Shown: positions 1-12,726, counted from the first letter of the stretch. The stretch: DNA of 64,000 bases from Acidimicrobiaceae bacterium (GCA_028404505.1 JAOOBM010000002.1:7027-71026); one strand, 5' to 3'. Numbers and translations: made by a program. The notes: generated by a model not told the origin, from the letters alone.

Positions 1-191
1 CGAGTAGCAGTAAAATACTCTCTAATTGTAACTTCTGGATCTTGAAAAAAATTAATAGCTTCAGTTAACAAAGTAAAAACTATAGCTATTGAAATTAAAA
101 TTGCTGCAAAAGCTGACAATGTTATAAAAAACTTTACAACAGATTCAAGGGGCTTTGTTTTAGTTTTAGTTAGATTTAAATCTTTATACAT
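1..191 (-). CDS. pstC: phosphate ABC transporter permease PstC, 5' fragment (gene continues past the window start)
   Basis: ATG at 191..189 opens a frame that stays open to position 1. The translation MYKDLNLTKTKTKPLESVVKFFITLSAFAAILISIAIVFTLL... contains a TM helix, and the gene lies directly downstream of pstS. Confidence 0.4.
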   Translation of the reverse strand, partial: MYKDLNLTKTKTKPLESVVKFFITLSAFAAILISIAIVFTLLTEAINFFQDPEVTIREYFTAT

Positions 192-260
192 TTCTATTTA
201 TAAAAAATTTAGTTAGAAAAGGTAAATAGAAAGTAAATTGAAATTATCTTGGAATTAAAC

Positions 261-298
261 AAAGACGTATCCATGTATCTCTACACAGATACGTCTTT
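261..298 (-). terminator. long stem-loop between pstS and pstC (attenuator or mRNA-stabilising hairpin)
   Basis: AAAGACGTATC (261..271) pairs perfectly with GATACGTCTTT (288..298), with extra inner pairing TGTA/TACA. On the minus strand a T-rich stretch follows. Confidence 0.4.
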
Positions 299-304
299 TG
301 ATTT

Positions 305-1303
305 TCAGCTACTGAAGTTCTGCCAAGCAGATAGTGCATTGGCTTTTTGATCTTCAAGCATAGGTACGTATCCAACTGCGGGAACAATAATATCCATAGC
401 TTCAAAATAGAAGTCAACAAATGCTTTAACTACTTGATCCTCTTTTACAGATTCTGAAATATATATATATAACGGTCTTGCTAAATAGTAATTTCCTTCA
501 AAAGCAGCTTCTGGTGGCTGACAACCATTTCCTGCGTCAACTTGCACTGCGTTTAATTTATCTTTGTTTTCTTCATAGTAAGCAAGTCCAAAATAACCAA
601 GACCACCTTCAGAGCCAGAAACTCCATTTACTAAAACGTTATCATCCTCAGATGCTGTGTAGTCAGATCTACTACCTGCTTCTCCAGTTATTTCCTCATT
701 GAAGAAATCAAACGTACCTGAATCCGTTCCAGGTCCATACAAATCTATTGGCACATCTGGGAATGTACTTCTTACTTCATTCCAGCTACTTACAGAACTA
801 TCAGCAAGCCATATTGAATTTAACTCGTCAACTGTCAAGCATGTTGCCCAGTCATTTGAAGATGGAATTACTACTGATAATGCATCTATACCAACTTGCA
901 CCTCTAAATATTTTGTGTTGTTCTCTTCACAAAGTGCTACTTCTTTATCTTTTATTGCCCTTGATGCATTTGATATCATAGTCTCTCCAGGACAAAATTT
1001 CTTAAAACCACCACCTGTTCCGGAAACTCCAACTGAAATTTTCACGTCAGGATTTAAAATTGTAAATTCTTCAGCTACAGCTTGAGTAATTGGAAAAACT
1101 GTTGAAGAACCATCAATCAATATCTCACCAGTAAGTGTTTCTGCTGCTGGCTCAGAAACTTCATTTGTAGATTCAACGGTAGTTTGAGTAACTAATTCCT
1201 CATCAACTGTTACTGCATCAGAACTAGTTTCATTGCTATCACCGCATGCAACTACTAGTAAAGATAGAATCAAAATTGATGAAGTAAATTTCAACTTAGT
1301 CAT
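305..1303 (-). CDS. pstS: phosphate ABC transporter substrate-binding lipoprotein PstS
   Basis: Lipobox LLVVAC near the N-terminus. PstS-family motifs GSSTVFPI and GTGGGFKKF are present, and a pstC fragment lies downstream. Confidence 0.85.
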   Translation of the reverse strand: MTKLKFTSSILILSLLVVACGDSNETSSDAVTVDEELVTQTTVESTNEVSEPAAETLTGEILIDGSSTVFPITQAVAEEFTILNPDVKISVGVSGTGGGFKKFCPGETMISNASRAIKDKEVALCEENNTKYLEVQVGIDALSVVIPSSNDWATCLTVDELNSIWLADSSVSSWNEVRSTFPDVPIDLYGPGTDSGTFDFFNEEITGEAGSRSDYTASEDDNVLVNGVSGSEGGLGYFGLAYYEENKDKLNAVQVDAGNGCQPPEAAFEGNYYLARPLYIYISESVKEDQVVKAFVDFYFEAMDIIVPAVGYVPMLEDQKANALSAWQNFSS

Positions 1304-1353
1304 TAAATTTCCTTTCTAATTTTTATTACTTAATTAAAAATATAAAATTAGTA

Positions 1354-1381
1354 AGTAAAAATGAAGTAAACCAAAGTTAAA
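1354..1381 (-). promoter_or_regulatory. candidate Pho box: three direct hexamers with 11-bp phasing upstream of pstS
   Basis: Plus-strand AGTAAA (1354), AGTAAA (1365) and GTTAAA (1376) read TTTACT/TTTACT/TTTAAC on the coding strand. They lie 50-78 bp upstream of the pstS ATG. Confidence 0.3.
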
Positions 1382-1393
1382 AGTGATTCAAAC

Positions 1394-2224
1394 TTAAATT
1401 AGTTCAGTTTGTGAAGACCAAGACCCTCTATTGAAAGCAAGTATGTAGTTTTCATATCCTAAAAAATCCTCTTTAAATTCATCTGGAATATTAAAACCCC
1501 ACCAATCATCTTTAAACTGACTTCGATGAGCTTTCATGGAATTAATTTTATGTTCAATATACTTTGTTCCATCTATTTCAACATCAATATCCTCATTATC
1601 ACTTCCGATAGGATTAAATGCGTTAAACTCGTCTTCAGTTAATATTCCAGCCTCATACATCTGAGTTCGTCTTGCTTGGATTCTCGATTTTGACCACGCA
1701 TTAAAATAAAGTCTTTCTGGAATCCATACCTCTTCTCCATCTTTTAATGGAAACTTGTCGACATCACCAGCTGCAAAAAACGCAGCTGTTCCAACTCTAT
1801 GTGTCTGAATATGATCAGGATGTCCATATCCCCCAAATGGATCATAGGTTATTAAAACATCAGGTTTATATTTTCTTATTTCTGTCACGAGCTTGCCCAC
1901 AGGTCCAAAATAGTCTTGTCTCCAAAAACAATCAGGATCATTGTTTTCGTCTGTGCCCATCATTCCAGAGTCTTTATATCCAAGCCACTCATATTCTTTT
2001 ACACCTAGAGCATCTAAACTTTTTTCAAGTTCCTCTTTTCGCATTTCAGCCAATTTTGGAAATAACTCTTCTGGGTTTTCATAGTTATGAATTTCACCAG
2101 CTGAACCATCAGTTGCTGTAACAACAACAACTCGATGACCTTCATCTGCATATTTAGCTAAGGTAACACCTGTTGATACGCTTTCATCGTCAGGATGTGC
2201 GTGAAAAGCAAGAATTGTTGCCAT
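1394..2224 (-). CDS. PIG-L/LmbE family deacetylase (mycothiol Mca/MshB-like)
   Basis: N-terminal AHPDDES motif, followed by EGHRVVVVTATDGSAGE and GYGHPDH, as in actinobacterial Mca/MshB. Confidence 0.75.
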   Translation of the reverse strand: MATILAFHAHPDDESVSTGVTLAKYADEGHRVVVVTATDGSAGEIHNYENPEELFPKLAEMRKEELEKSLDALGVKEYEWLGYKDSGMMGTDENNDPDCFWRQDYFGPVGKLVTEIRKYKPDVLITYDPFGGYGHPDHIQTHRVGTAAFFAAGDVDKFPLKDGEEVWIPERLYFNAWSKSRIQARRTQMYEAGILTEDEFNAFNPIGSDNEDIDVEIDGTKYIEHKINSMKAHRSQFKDDWWGFNIPDEFKEDFLGYENYILAFNRGSWSSQTELI

Positions 2225-2541
2225 TATTCGTCTGAGGTAAATGTCTTCTTTGCTAACTCTTGACCGAGTTCGATGGCTTTATCATGATCACCATCAATTT
2301 TTTCAACTAACTCACCAAGAACAATTACTTTTTCACCAGTAATTTGAAGTATTCCACCAGAAATTGCAAAAGACGTTCTTTGATTATCATGCTCTATGGT
2401 TAATCCACCTGGAACTAATGTAGCTACGGTTGGTTCATGACCTTCTAATATACCAATCTCTCCGTTTGGAGTTCTTGATATGACCATTGTTGCATCCCCT
2501 GTAAAGCAACTCTCTTCAGGAGAAACGACCTCTACATACAT
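2224..2541 (-). CDS. atpC: F1 ATP synthase epsilon subunit
   Basis: Size, position after atpD, and epsilon-like sequence. Confidence 0.9.
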   Translation of the reverse strand: MYVEVVSPEESCFTGDATMVISRTPNGEIGILEGHEPTVATLVPGGLTIEHDNQRTSFAISGGILQITGEKVIVLGELVEKIDGDHDKAIELGQELAKKTFTSDE

Positions 2542-3960
<1,419 letters not shown>

Positions 3961-3971
3961 TTAGTTTCTCC

Positions 3972-4841
3972 TTACCCGGCTAAAGCTTCCGCTCCACCAA
4001 CAATTTCTGAAATCTCTGTTGTAATCTCAGCTTGTCTAGCTTGATTACTTTGTCTTGATAAAATCTTGATTAACTCTTCTGCGTTCTCGGTAGCAGCTTT
4101 CATCGCTCTCATTCGTGACGCATGCTCTGATGTTGAAGCATTCAGTAATGAAGAGAAGATTGTTGCATTTGTATATTTTGGAATGATGTTGCTGAGAACC
4201 TGACTTGCTGAAGGTTCAAATGTATACCCACCAACTGACTCTATTTCTTTCGCTATCTGTTCTACTTCGAAAGGAAGTACTGTCTTATACAACGCCGTTT
4301 GAGTCATTGCAGATTTATATTCTGTGTAGACAATTTCAATTTGATTTGTTTTTCCATCATAGAATTCTTGTACAAGAGGTGTCATAATCTCTAGTGCATT
4401 CTCGAAATTTGGCTCATCAGTAATGCCCTCATAGTTTTGTTTAGGTTCAATATTTCTGTACTTAAAGTAACCATTTGCTTTTTTTCCAACGGTCACAATC
4501 TCAACTTTATTATTCAAGTTTTCATATTCAGCTTTTCTTACCTCAGCAAGTTTTAAAATATTGGTGTTATATGCACCAGCAAGTCCTCGATCTGAAGTAA
4601 TAACAACTAATGTTATTTTTTTTGTTCCTTCAACCGGTGGTGAACTTGGCATCTCTCCACTTCCTGTTAATTCCTCAACAATTTGTGAGAGTAGATTTGT
4701 GTAATTATTTGATGATGTAAGTCTTTGTTGTGCTTTTACGATTCTTGAAGATGCAATAAGTTCCATTGCACGTGTTATTTTCTTAGTGGATTTAACACTC
4801 TTTATTCTTCTATTTATTATTCGTAATTCAGCACTTGCCAT
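3972..4841 (-). CDS. atpG: F1 ATP synthase gamma subunit
   Basis: Conserved N- and C-terminal gamma helices (ITRAMELIASSR, EITTEISEIVGGAEAL). Confidence 0.9.
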   Translation of the reverse strand: MASAELRIINRRIKSVKSTKKITRAMELIASSRIVKAQQRLTSSNNYTNLLSQIVEELTGSGEMPSSPPVEGTKKITLVVITSDRGLAGAYNTNILKLAEVRKAEYENLNNKVEIVTVGKKANGYFKYRNIEPKQNYEGITDEPNFENALEIMTPLVQEFYDGKTNQIEIVYTEYKSAMTQTALYKTVLPFEVEQIAKEIESVGGYTFEPSASQVLSNIIPKYTNATIFSSLLNASTSEHASRMRAMKAATENAEELIKILSRQSNQARQAEITTEISEIVGGAEALAG

Positions 4842-4844
4842 GGT

Positions 4845-6362
4845 TTATTCTTCTTTTTTCTCCAATGTACTTACAAAGGCTTCAACAGCTGTTTTTAATT
4901 CCTCTTCAGGTAATTCACCTGTTGTTTTTATTGAATTAATAACATCTGAATGTCTTGTTTTAACAAAATCAATCAAATCTAATTCGGTTTGAGGGATGTC
5001 AGCAGGATCAACTACATCTAAAAATCCCTCTGTTACTGCATAGAGTGAGATGACTTGCTCTTCCATTGGCACTGGTTGATATTGTGGCTGCTTTAATAAT
5101 TCGACAACTCTTCTTCCTCTATCAAGCTGTGCTTGTGATGCAGCATCCAAGTCTGATCCAAACTCTGCAAAGGCCTCTAGCTCTCTGAACTGTGCAAGGT
5201 TAATTCTTAAAGGTCCTGAAACTTTCTTCATAGCTTTAGTTTGTGCAGCACCACCCACTCTTGATACTGATGTACCTGGGTTTACGGCAGGTCTAACACC
5301 AGAATAAAAGAGTTCTGATTCCAAATAAATCTGTCCATCTGTAATGGAAATAACATTTGTTGGGATGAATGCCGATACGTCTCCAGCTTTTGTTTCTATG
5401 ATTGGTAGTCCTGTAAGTGAACCGCCACCTAACTCTTCACTAACTTTTGCACAACGCTCTAATAGCCTTGAGTGAAGATAGAAAACGTCACCAGGATAAG
5501 CCTCTCTTCCAGGAGGTCTTCTTAGTAGAAGTGATATCTGACGATATGCGATGGCTTGTTTTGATAGATCGTCAAAAACAATTAATCCATGCTCACCGTT
5601 ATACATCCAATGTTGGCCAATTGCTGACCCAGCATAAGGAGCATACATCTGCAATGCAGCTGCAGCTGAGGCGGGTGCGTTTACAATTACTACTTTATCT
5701 AGAACACCCTCTTGCTCAAATCTCTCTACTACTTCTGCAACAGTTGATGATTTTTGACCAATAGCAACATAGATACATTTAACATCTGTGTCTTTTTGAT
5801 TGATTATTGTATCAACTGCAACAGCAGTTTTTCCAATCTGTCTATCACCAATAATTAATTCTCTTTGTCCACGACCAATTGGAATCATTGAGTCAATAGC
5901 TTTAATACCAGTTTGTAGTGGCTCCCCAACGGGTTGTCTTTCAACAACAGATGGGGCTTGAAGTTCTAATCGTCTTCGTTCAGTAAATTCAATAGGTCCT
6001 TTGCCATCAATTGGATTTCCTAGGGGATCAATAACTCTTCCTAAAAAGCCATCACCAACACCAATTGACAACACCTCTCCAGTTTGTTTTACAGGCATGC
6101 CCTCTTCTATGTGATTTGAGTCACCCATCAAAACAACACCGATAGAATCCTCTTCAAGGTTAAGTGCTACTCCAACAAGTCCCCCTGGGAATTCAAGAAG
6201 CTCTGATGCCATAACATTTTCTAAGCCTTTAACTCTTGCTACTCCATCAGCTACCGCAGAAACGTAACCAACAAGATCGTCTTTTACAGAATCCTGCCAA
6301 TCACCTAGAGTCTCTTTTAATGAATCTGATATTTGTTTTGCATCAATATTAAATTCGCTCAA
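4845..6362 (-). CDS. atpA: F1 ATP synthase alpha subunit
   Basis: Walker A GDRQIGKT and a conserved alpha-subunit sequence. Confidence 0.97.
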   Translation of the reverse strand: MSEFNIDAKQISDSLKETLGDWQDSVKDDLVGYVSAVADGVARVKGLENVMASELLEFPGGLVGVALNLEEDSIGVVLMGDSNHIEEGMPVKQTGEVLSIGVGDGFLGRVIDPLGNPIDGKGPIEFTERRRLELQAPSVVERQPVGEPLQTGIKAIDSMIPIGRGQRELIIGDRQIGKTAVAVDTIINQKDTDVKCIYVAIGQKSSTVAEVVERFEQEGVLDKVVIVNAPASAAAALQMYAPYAGSAIGQHWMYNGEHGLIVFDDLSKQAIAYRQISLLLRRPPGREAYPGDVFYLHSRLLERCAKVSEELGGGSLTGLPIIETKAGDVSAFIPTNVISITDGQIYLESELFYSGVRPAVNPGTSVSRVGGAAQTKAMKKVSGPLRINLAQFRELEAFAEFGSDLDAASQAQLDRGRRVVELLKQPQYQPVPMEEQVISLYAVTEGFLDVVDPADIPQTELDLIDFVKTRHSDVINSIKTTGELPEEELKTAVEAFVSTLEKKEE

Positions 6363-6363
6363 T

Positions 6364-6891
6364 TTACCTACTTTCTAAAACTGTTTTTATCTCTGAGATT
6401 TTTGAGGAAATCAATCCATCAAATGTTCTCTCACCAACACTTACGCTAAGTCCACCCAATACATCTGGATTAACTTCAACTTTTATTTCCACATCGGTGC
6501 CTAATTTTTTCTTGAGGGCACTTATTAAACTTTTTTCAGTTTTTGCATCTAATTCAACAGCTGAAACAACTTTTGCAACTGATGCCCCTCTTTTTTCAGC
6601 AATGTAATTTGCGACCGAACTCTCGATATCAGAGAGGTTATCTCCAAAACCTTGAGATATTGTCAAGGTTATTAGATCAAGAGTGAGTGGTAACACTCTT
6701 TTGTCGAGTAATGAATTAACTGCCTCTATCTTCTTTTCAACAGGAATACCAAAATTTCTAAACACATCTAATGCTTCAGAGCTTTTTGAAAGTGCATTGA
6801 AAACTTGGAGGATTTCATTTTCAACTCTTTCAGCATCTTTAGATGAAGAAATAATTTCAACAATTCCTTTTGAGAAAGAATCAACAGACAT
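6364..6891 (-). CDS. atpH: F1 ATP synthase delta subunit
   Basis: Operon position between atpF and atpA, size 175 aa, OSCP-like C-terminus. Confidence 0.8.
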   Translation of the reverse strand: MSVDSFSKGIVEIISSSKDAERVENEILQVFNALSKSSEALDVFRNFGIPVEKKIEAVNSLLDKRVLPLTLDLITLTISQGFGDNLSDIESSVANYIAEKRGASVAKVVSAVELDAKTEKSLISALKKKLGTDVEIKVEVNPDVLGGLSVSVGERTFDGLISSKISEIKTVLESR

Positions 6892-6895
6892 TTAC

Positions 6896-7432
6896 TTAAT
6901 TCAACTCCTTAATAAACTTTTCAATTAATTTTTTTTGATCAGCTTTTGACATTGAAGAAGCTACTTTTTGAGAAATCTCAAGAGATAGATCAGCTACCTC
7001 ACTTTTTAACTCAGTTGAGACTCTTTCTTTTTCAGCGTCTGAGTCTGACTTTGCTTTTTCAATTATTGCTTCTGCTTCAGCTCTCGCTTCAGTTAAAACA
7101 TCTTCTTTAAGTTTTTCTGCAGCTTGCTTACCTTCATCAATAATTTTTTGAACTTCTGCGTCAGCGTTTGAAACTAAAGCATCATATTCTTGCTTTGATT
7201 TCTCAGCTTCTGATTTAGTATCTTCAGCTTCCTTTATCTGTCCTTCTATTTCAGCAGATCTTTTATCAAGTGTTTCGTTCATGGCAGGTAAAGCCCACTT
7301 CCAAACGAAGAAAAATACTACTGCAAAAGCTACTACTCCAGCTACTAATTCTGAAGTTGCAGGCAGCAATAAGTCAACACCTGAGCTTGACTCTTCTGCT
7401 TCCGCTAAAAATGTATCCAAATAAAACATCAT
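6896..7432 (-). CDS. atpF: Fo ATP synthase subunit b
   Basis: Single N-terminal TM helix plus a long charged coiled coil, in the expected operon position. Confidence 0.8.
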   Translation of the reverse strand: MMFYLDTFLAEAEESSSGVDLLLPATSELVAGVVAFAVVFFFVWKWALPAMNETLDKRSAEIEGQIKEAEDTKSEAEKSKQEYDALVSNADAEVQKIIDEGKQAAEKLKEDVLTEARAEAEAIIEKAKSDSDAEKERVSTELKSEVADLSLEISQKVASSMSKADQKKLIEKFIKELN

Positions 7433-7434
7433 TT

Positions 7435-7650
<216 letters not shown>

Positions 7651-7654
7651 TTAA

Positions 7655-8461
7655 TTAATGCTCTGGATGCAGAGACGTCTGTATATAAACTGCTGACAAC
7701 AAAGTAAATATGTATGCCTGCAGAATAGAAACTATTAATTCAAAACCATATATTGCAAGACCTAAAGTAAACCATGCAAGACCAACAGGTGCTTTTGATA
7801 CGATATACTCGCCTACTCCAGGTTGTACAACAAAGAAATATGCTGAAGCCAAGAGAAGACTTAACATTACGTGACCCGCTACAAGGTTAGCAAATAATCG
7901 AACAGCTAAACTAAATGGTCTTACAAGTAGAACTGAAACTAACTCGATTGCGCCAACAAGAGGTTTTAAGGCTACAGGAACTCCTGGTGGCCATAGTAAG
8001 TTTGTAAAATATTTTATTCCCTCTGTTTTGATTCCGACAAAAAGAAATATTACGTAGGTGACAAGGCTTAAAAAGAGAGGAAGTGCCATGCGAGATGTAA
8101 CTGGGAAATTGATAAGTGGAGTGACCTCAAATAAGTTACCAACCAAGATAAACATAAATACTGAAATTAAATATGGTGTAAATTTCTCTCCACCTCGGCC
8201 AATTACACCTAGGGCTATTTCATCTTTCACGAAAGTAAAGATGCTTTCAACTACAGATTGAAGTCTTCCAGGAACAACTGATTTTTTTCTAAGCCCAAAA
8301 AACATTAAAACTACTGGGATAATCGCAGCTAAAAGTATAAGAATTTCCGTTCGGGAGATATCAGAAGAACCAAAGTTTCCAAATTCGAACAAAGAGTTTA
8401 CATTTTCAGGTTTGCAAACAACGTTGTTTATAAAATCACAAGTCTCAGCTGCTGTTATCAT
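7655..8461 (-). CDS. atpB: Fo ATP synthase subunit a
   Basis: Polytopic protein with the conserved RLFANLVAGH motif. Confidence 0.9.
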   Translation of the reverse strand: MITAAETCDFINNVVCKPENVNSLFEFGNFGSSDISRTEILILLAAIIPVVLMFFGLRKKSVVPGRLQSVVESIFTFVKDEIALGVIGRGGEKFTPYLISVFMFILVGNLFEVTPLINFPVTSRMALPLFLSLVTYVIFLFVGIKTEGIKYFTNLLWPPGVPVALKPLVGAIELVSVLLVRPFSLAVRLFANLVAGHVMLSLLLASAYFFVVQPGVGEYIVSKAPVGLAWFTLGLAIYGFELIVSILQAYIFTLLSAVYIQTSLHPEH

Positions 8462-8849
8462 TTGCCCAATCTAAGTCAGTGTCTTTTCTCTTAATTACCA
8501 TAGCCATTTCTAAGAATAACATACTTAAAAACACGATTGGCACTGTCAAAGACATTGCCAATTCATCAATAGAATATAAGCTTCTCAGTAATAAGAGAAG
8601 TCCAAAAATGAAAATTAATCTAAATAAATATCCAAAAATTGCAGCGAAGTAATAGAAATTTAATGAGACTTTTGCAGCATACGACATGATGACTGCACCC
8701 AAATAAAATCCAATTGCAACAATTATTGAAGACGCTAGAGATGTAACAAATGCATTTTGTGATCTAATTAAAAAAAGAAGTGGGCAAAGAATATAAATTA
8801 TTGATGCTCTTTTAAGCATTCTTGTAGCCAGTACTAATTCAACATTCAT
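8445..8849 (-). CDS. small polytopic membrane protein upstream of atpB (AtpI-like)
   Basis: About 4 TM helices, in the position atpI usually occupies. The start is placed at ATG 8849, which forms an ATGA overlap with the upstream stop; the ORF track extends to 8882. Confidence 0.4.
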   Translation of the reverse strand: MNVELVLATRMLKRASIIYILCPLLFLIRSQNAFVTSLASSIIVAIGFYLGAVIMSYAAKVSLNFYYFAAIFGYLFRLIFIFGLLLLLRSLYSIDELAMSLTVPIVFLSMLFLEMAMVIKRKDTDLDWANDNSS

Positions 8850-9058
8850 TGATCTTGTTCTAGTTTTTTTGAAATTTTCCACATTCTTCTGAAACCATCA
8901 TAAATTCCAACAAACAAAAAAATGATAACTGTGTACGGCTCAAACCCGATAAAATTTTGGACTAGTAAACCTACTAACAGTCCACTAATTATTGAAGTTG
9001 AAAACGAACTTACTGGACCGTAGTCTTCTAAATTTAATTTTCTTCGATTGTTAGACAT
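8846..9058 (-). CDS. AtpZ/AtpI-family small membrane protein
   Basis: 70-aa two-TM protein at the head of the atp operon. It resembles the putative F0F1-ATPase subunit family (from memory). Confidence 0.4.
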   Translation of the reverse strand: MSNNRRKLNLEDYGPVSSFSTSIISGLLVGLLVQNFIGFEPYTVIIFLFVGIYDGFRRMWKISKKLEQDQ

Positions 9059-10313
9059 ATGGCTTGTATTGTGAAGCTAACTCTTTTACTTCATCTTTTA
9101 ATTCATCAAGCTTGTTTGAATCTGATCTATTTTTTAGAATTTCTGAAATTAAGTATCCTACTTTTGTTAATTCACTTTCCTTCATTCCACATGTTGTTGC
9201 AGCTGGTGTACCCATTCTTATGCCTGATGTAACAAATGGTGATCTCTCATCAAATGGAATGGCATTTCGATTTAGCGTAATTCCCATTTCATTGAGTAAA
9301 ATACCTGCATCTTTGCCAGTTAGCTCTTCGTCAACACTGTTTGTATCAACTAATACAATGTGATTAGTTGTTCCCCCGCTCACAACTCTTAGACCTTCAC
9401 TTATAAAAGAGTCAGAGAGTGCTGAAGCATTCTTTAAAATTTGAGCGGTATAATCTTGAAAATCTTTTGATAGTGCTTCTTTAAAGCAAACGGCCTTTGC
9501 TGCAATCTGGTTATTTAATGCTCCACCTTGTGCTCCTGGGAAAATATTTTTATCTACACCTTTTGCAAATTCCTCTGTTGATAAAATCATTCCACCTCTT
9601 GGACCTCTCAGTGCTTTATGAGTTGTTGCAGTCACAACATCAGCATATTTCATTGGATTCTCAACAACCTTACCAGCAACAAGGCCAATAAAATGTGCGG
9701 CATCAACCATAAAATAAGCTCCAACTGAATCAGCAATCTCTCTAAAAGCCTTGTAATTAAGCTCCTGAGAATAAGATGAGTATCCTGCAATTAGTAATTT
9801 TGGTTTTGTTTCCTCTGCTAATTTTGCAACATCATCCATATTGATCAGTTCAGTTTCTTTATCTAATCCATAACCAACAAAGTTATACATTCTTCCAGAA
9901 AAGTTAACAGGAGAACCGTGTGTTAAATGCCCACCTTGGTCAAGAGACATACCCATAACGGTGTCACCAGCTTCTAGGAGGTTTAAGTAGACTGCCATGT
10001 TTGCTGATGATCCTGAATGAGGCTGGACGTTTGCATGATCTGCCTCAAATAATTCACATGCTCTGTCAATTGCGAGTTGTTCTATCTCATCAACAGTCTC
10101 ACAACCCTCGTAATATCTTCTTCCTGGAAAACCTTCTGAATACTTGTTTGTAAGAATAGAACCTGACGCCTGCATCACTGCCTTTGATGCAAAGTTCTCT
10201 GAAGCAATTAAATGTATATGTGAGTTTTGACGTGCTAAATCATTATCAATTAATGATGCTATCTCATTATCTGTTTCAAATAATTCAGTGTTTAATGCGC
10301 CAGTATTTTCCAT
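9051..10313 (-). CDS. glyA: serine hydroxymethyltransferase
   Basis: The PLP-lysine motif [13 protein letters not shown] and overall SHMT conservation. Confidence 0.95.
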   Translation of the reverse strand: MENTGALNTELFETDNEIASLIDNDLARQNSHIHLIASENFASKAVMQASGSILTNKYSEGFPGRRYYEGCETVDEIEQLAIDRACELFEADHANVQPHSGSSANMAVYLNLLEAGDTVMGMSLDQGGHLTHGSPVNFSGRMYNFVGYGLDKETELINMDDVAKLAEETKPKLLIAGYSSYSQELNYKAFREIADSVGAYFMVDAAHFIGLVAGKVVENPMKYADVVTATTHKALRGPRGGMILSTEEFAKGVDKNIFPGAQGGALNNQIAAKAVCFKEALSKDFQDYTAQILKNASALSDSFISEGLRVVSGGTTNHIVLVDTNSVDEELTGKDAGILLNEMGITLNRNAIPFDERSPFVTSGIRMGTPAATTCGMKESELTKVGYLISEILKNRSDSNKLDELKDEVKELASQYKPYV

Positions 10314-10322
10314 ATCTACACT

Positions 10323-10910
10323 TTAACAGTAACTTGGAGGCCATTTAAGTGGCCCTTGCCTTAAAATTTCCCCACCTGTAACTCTAAAATCGACAACTGT
10401 AGATCCATCTCCATGGATTGATGTTCCCTCTAAATAATATCCAATATTGTCTTTAAACATTTCATATGCCTCACTGTCGTTCTTTGCTTCTTGGTCGCCA
10501 GAGGTGTTTGCACTTGTAACTGCCAGTGGACCAATTTCATTTAATAGTTGTATAGTTAGTTCATTATCAGGAACTCTTAATCCAATTGTGTTTGGATTTT
10601 TTGTACCTACACCATCAACATATTCTTCATTGGTTTCAACAACTGCAGTCAGAGGTCCTGGCCAGTAGAGATCTACAATTTCAGGTACTTGTGTAACAAG
10701 ATCAAGTTGTTGCAAATATGTGTATGAGGGAATAAGTAATGAGATAGGTTTTGAGTCATCTCTTTCTTTCAATTCGAATAATTTTTCTACAGCTTCTTTT
10801 GAGTTTGGATTGACACCTATACCGTAAACGGTTTCTGTGGGAACACCAACAACTTCATTTTTATTAATTGCATCTATTGCTTGTGAGATATTATCGCCTT
10901 GCATAAACAT
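10323..10910 (-). CDS. tsaC: L-threonylcarbamoyladenylate synthase (YrdC/YwlC/Sua5 family)
   Basis: Motifs PTETVYGIG and SANTSG, in the conserved prfA-prmC-tsaC neighbourhood. Confidence 0.8.
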   Translation of the reverse strand: MFMQGDNISQAIDAINKNEVVGVPTETVYGIGVNPNSKEAVEKLFELKERDDSKPISLLIPSYTYLQQLDLVTQVPEIVDLYWPGPLTAVVETNEEYVDGVGTKNPNTIGLRVPDNELTIQLLNEIGPLAVTSANTSGDQEAKNDSEAYEMFKDNIGYYLEGTSIHGDGSTVVDFRVTGGEILRQGPLKWPPSYC

Positions 10911-11643
10911 ACCTATCTTTGTCTGCCAAGTCTTTAATTAATTCTACATCGTCATAGTTATTCAATAATTCAATTACTTTCTGGCCAAATCTCTCATCTA
11001 TCTCAAGAAATATTTCAAAGTCTTTGTATTTTTTATCTTCAATTTGATTTATGAGGTTTTGAATAATGTTAATCCCATCATTATCTCCACCATCAAGTGC
11101 ATTTAAGGGTTCGTAATTAAGCACTTCTAAATCAAGAGTTTCAATTTCACTACTTGGTATATATGGTAAGTTTGCAATTATTAAGTCAAAATTACTACTA
11201 CTTACTTCATTAAGGAGATCTGATTGGATGAATTCAATATTCATTCCATTGAGGGTTGCGTTTTCAGTGGCTAATTGAATAGCAAAAGGTGAGATATCGA
11301 TCCCTTTTACTTCAGCTTCTGGGTATAAATGTTTCATCATCAGACTTATACAACCAGAACCAGTACCAACATCTAATATACTTTTTGGTATTACAACCTT
11401 GTTTTTAATTATCTCGATCAAATACTCTGTTTCAGGTCTTGGAATTAATGCACGTTCATCTACTTTTAACTGGACGGTATAAAAGGGCATGAATTCTTCA
11501 ATATATTGAATTGGTTCATGATTTAACCTGCGAGTAAGTAGTGTTGAATATTCATTTTGATATTCTGTTTTACTACCAGAGATTTCTTGAGCTTTTTGTT
11601 TTAACCTCTCAAGTTCATGATTTGGAATAGATTTTATATCCAA
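10891..11643 (-). CDS. prmC: release-factor glutamine N5-methyltransferase
   Basis: SAM motif DVGTGSG and a catalytic NLPY (NPPY-like) motif, directly downstream of prfA. Confidence 0.85.
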   Translation of the reverse strand: MDIKSIPNHELERLKQKAQEISGSKTEYQNEYSTLLTRRLNHEPIQYIEEFMPFYTVQLKVDERALIPRPETEYLIEIIKNKVVIPKSILDVGTGSGCISLMMKHLYPEAEVKGIDISPFAIQLATENATLNGMNIEFIQSDLLNEVSSSNFDLIIANLPYIPSSEIETLDLEVLNYEPLNALDGGDNDGINIIQNLINQIEDKKYKDFEIFLEIDERFGQKVIELLNNYDDVELIKDLADKDRYVYARR

Positions 11644-12726
11644 TTATTCCTCTAAAGTTGCAAGTCTTGTTGTTTCATTATCTGCTATCAGAGCGTCAAT
11701 AAAATCACTTAAATCACCATCTAATACCTGGTCTAGTTTCTTCAGGGTTAAGTTGATTCGATGATCAGATACCCTGTTGTCTTTATAATTGTAAGTTCTA
11801 ATTTTGTCAGATCGCTCACCAGAACCTACTTGTTCTTTTCTATTCTTTGCTCGTTCAGCTTCTGCTTCGTCTTGACGTGCTTTTAATAATCTTGCTCTTA
11901 AAATTCTCATGGCTTTTTCTTTATTTTGTAATTGTGATTTTTCATCTTGGCAGGAGACAACAAGCCCAGTAGGAACGTGGGTAATTCGTACGGCTGAATC
12001 TGTCGTGTTCACACTTTGTCCACCTGGTCCACTAGATCTGTAGACATCGACTTTTAAATCATTTTGATCAATATCTATATCAACTTCCTCTGCTTCAGGC
12101 AAGACAGCTACCGTTGCAATAGAAGTATGGACTCTTCCTTGTGACTCTGTTTTAGGAATTCTCTGTACTCTGTGTGCACCAGCTTCAAATTTTAGTTTTG
12201 AATAAACACCTTTAGATTTTATAGCAAAGATAACCTTGCTATATCCACCCATATCAGAATCAGTCATCTCTATCTTTTCAACATTCCATGAGTTACGTTC
12301 CGCAAAACGTGAATACATTTTGAATAGATCTCCAACCCAAATGGATGCTTCCTCACCACCTGCTCCAGGACGGATTTCTACAAGGACATCTTTCTCATCA
12401 GATGGGTCTTTTGGTAGTAGGCCAACTTTTATTTTTGTAACAATGTTTTCAATTTCAGCATTTGAGTTTTTAATGATGTCCTCATATTCACTCTTCATCT
12501 CTTCATCGGTTTCCTCATTAAGCAACTCTTCAGCATCTGATATATCTGAAGTTAGTGTTTCCCATTGTCTGAAAAGCTCAACAATTGAAGACATATCACT
12601 GTGTTTTTTTGCCATCTCTGCATATTTATTTGGATCACTTGAGATATCAACTTTTGATAAATCATCTTCTAATTGTTTTTGTGACTCAACTATTGCAGTA
12701 AGTTTTTTAATTAATGTTTCATCCAT
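11644..12726 (-). CDS. prfA: peptide chain release factor 1
   Basis: The GGQ motif (SGPGGQSVNTT) and the RF1-type PxT region. Confidence 0.95.
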   Translation of the reverse strand: MDETLIKKLTAIVESQKQLEDDLSKVDISSDPNKYAEMAKKHSDMSSIVELFRQWETLTSDISDAEELLNEETDEEMKSEYEDIIKNSNAEIENIVTKIKVGLLPKDPSDEKDVLVEIRPGAGGEEASIWVGDLFKMYSRFAERNSWNVEKIEMTDSDMGGYSKVIFAIKSKGVYSKLKFEAGAHRVQRIPKTESQGRVHTSIATVAVLPEAEEVDIDIDQNDLKVDVYRSSGPGGQSVNTTDSAVRITHVPTGLVVSCQDEKSQLQNKEKAMRILRARLLKARQDEAEAERAKNRKEQVGSGERSDKIRTYNYKDNRVSDHRINLTLKKLDQVLDGDLSDFIDALIADNETTRLATLEE

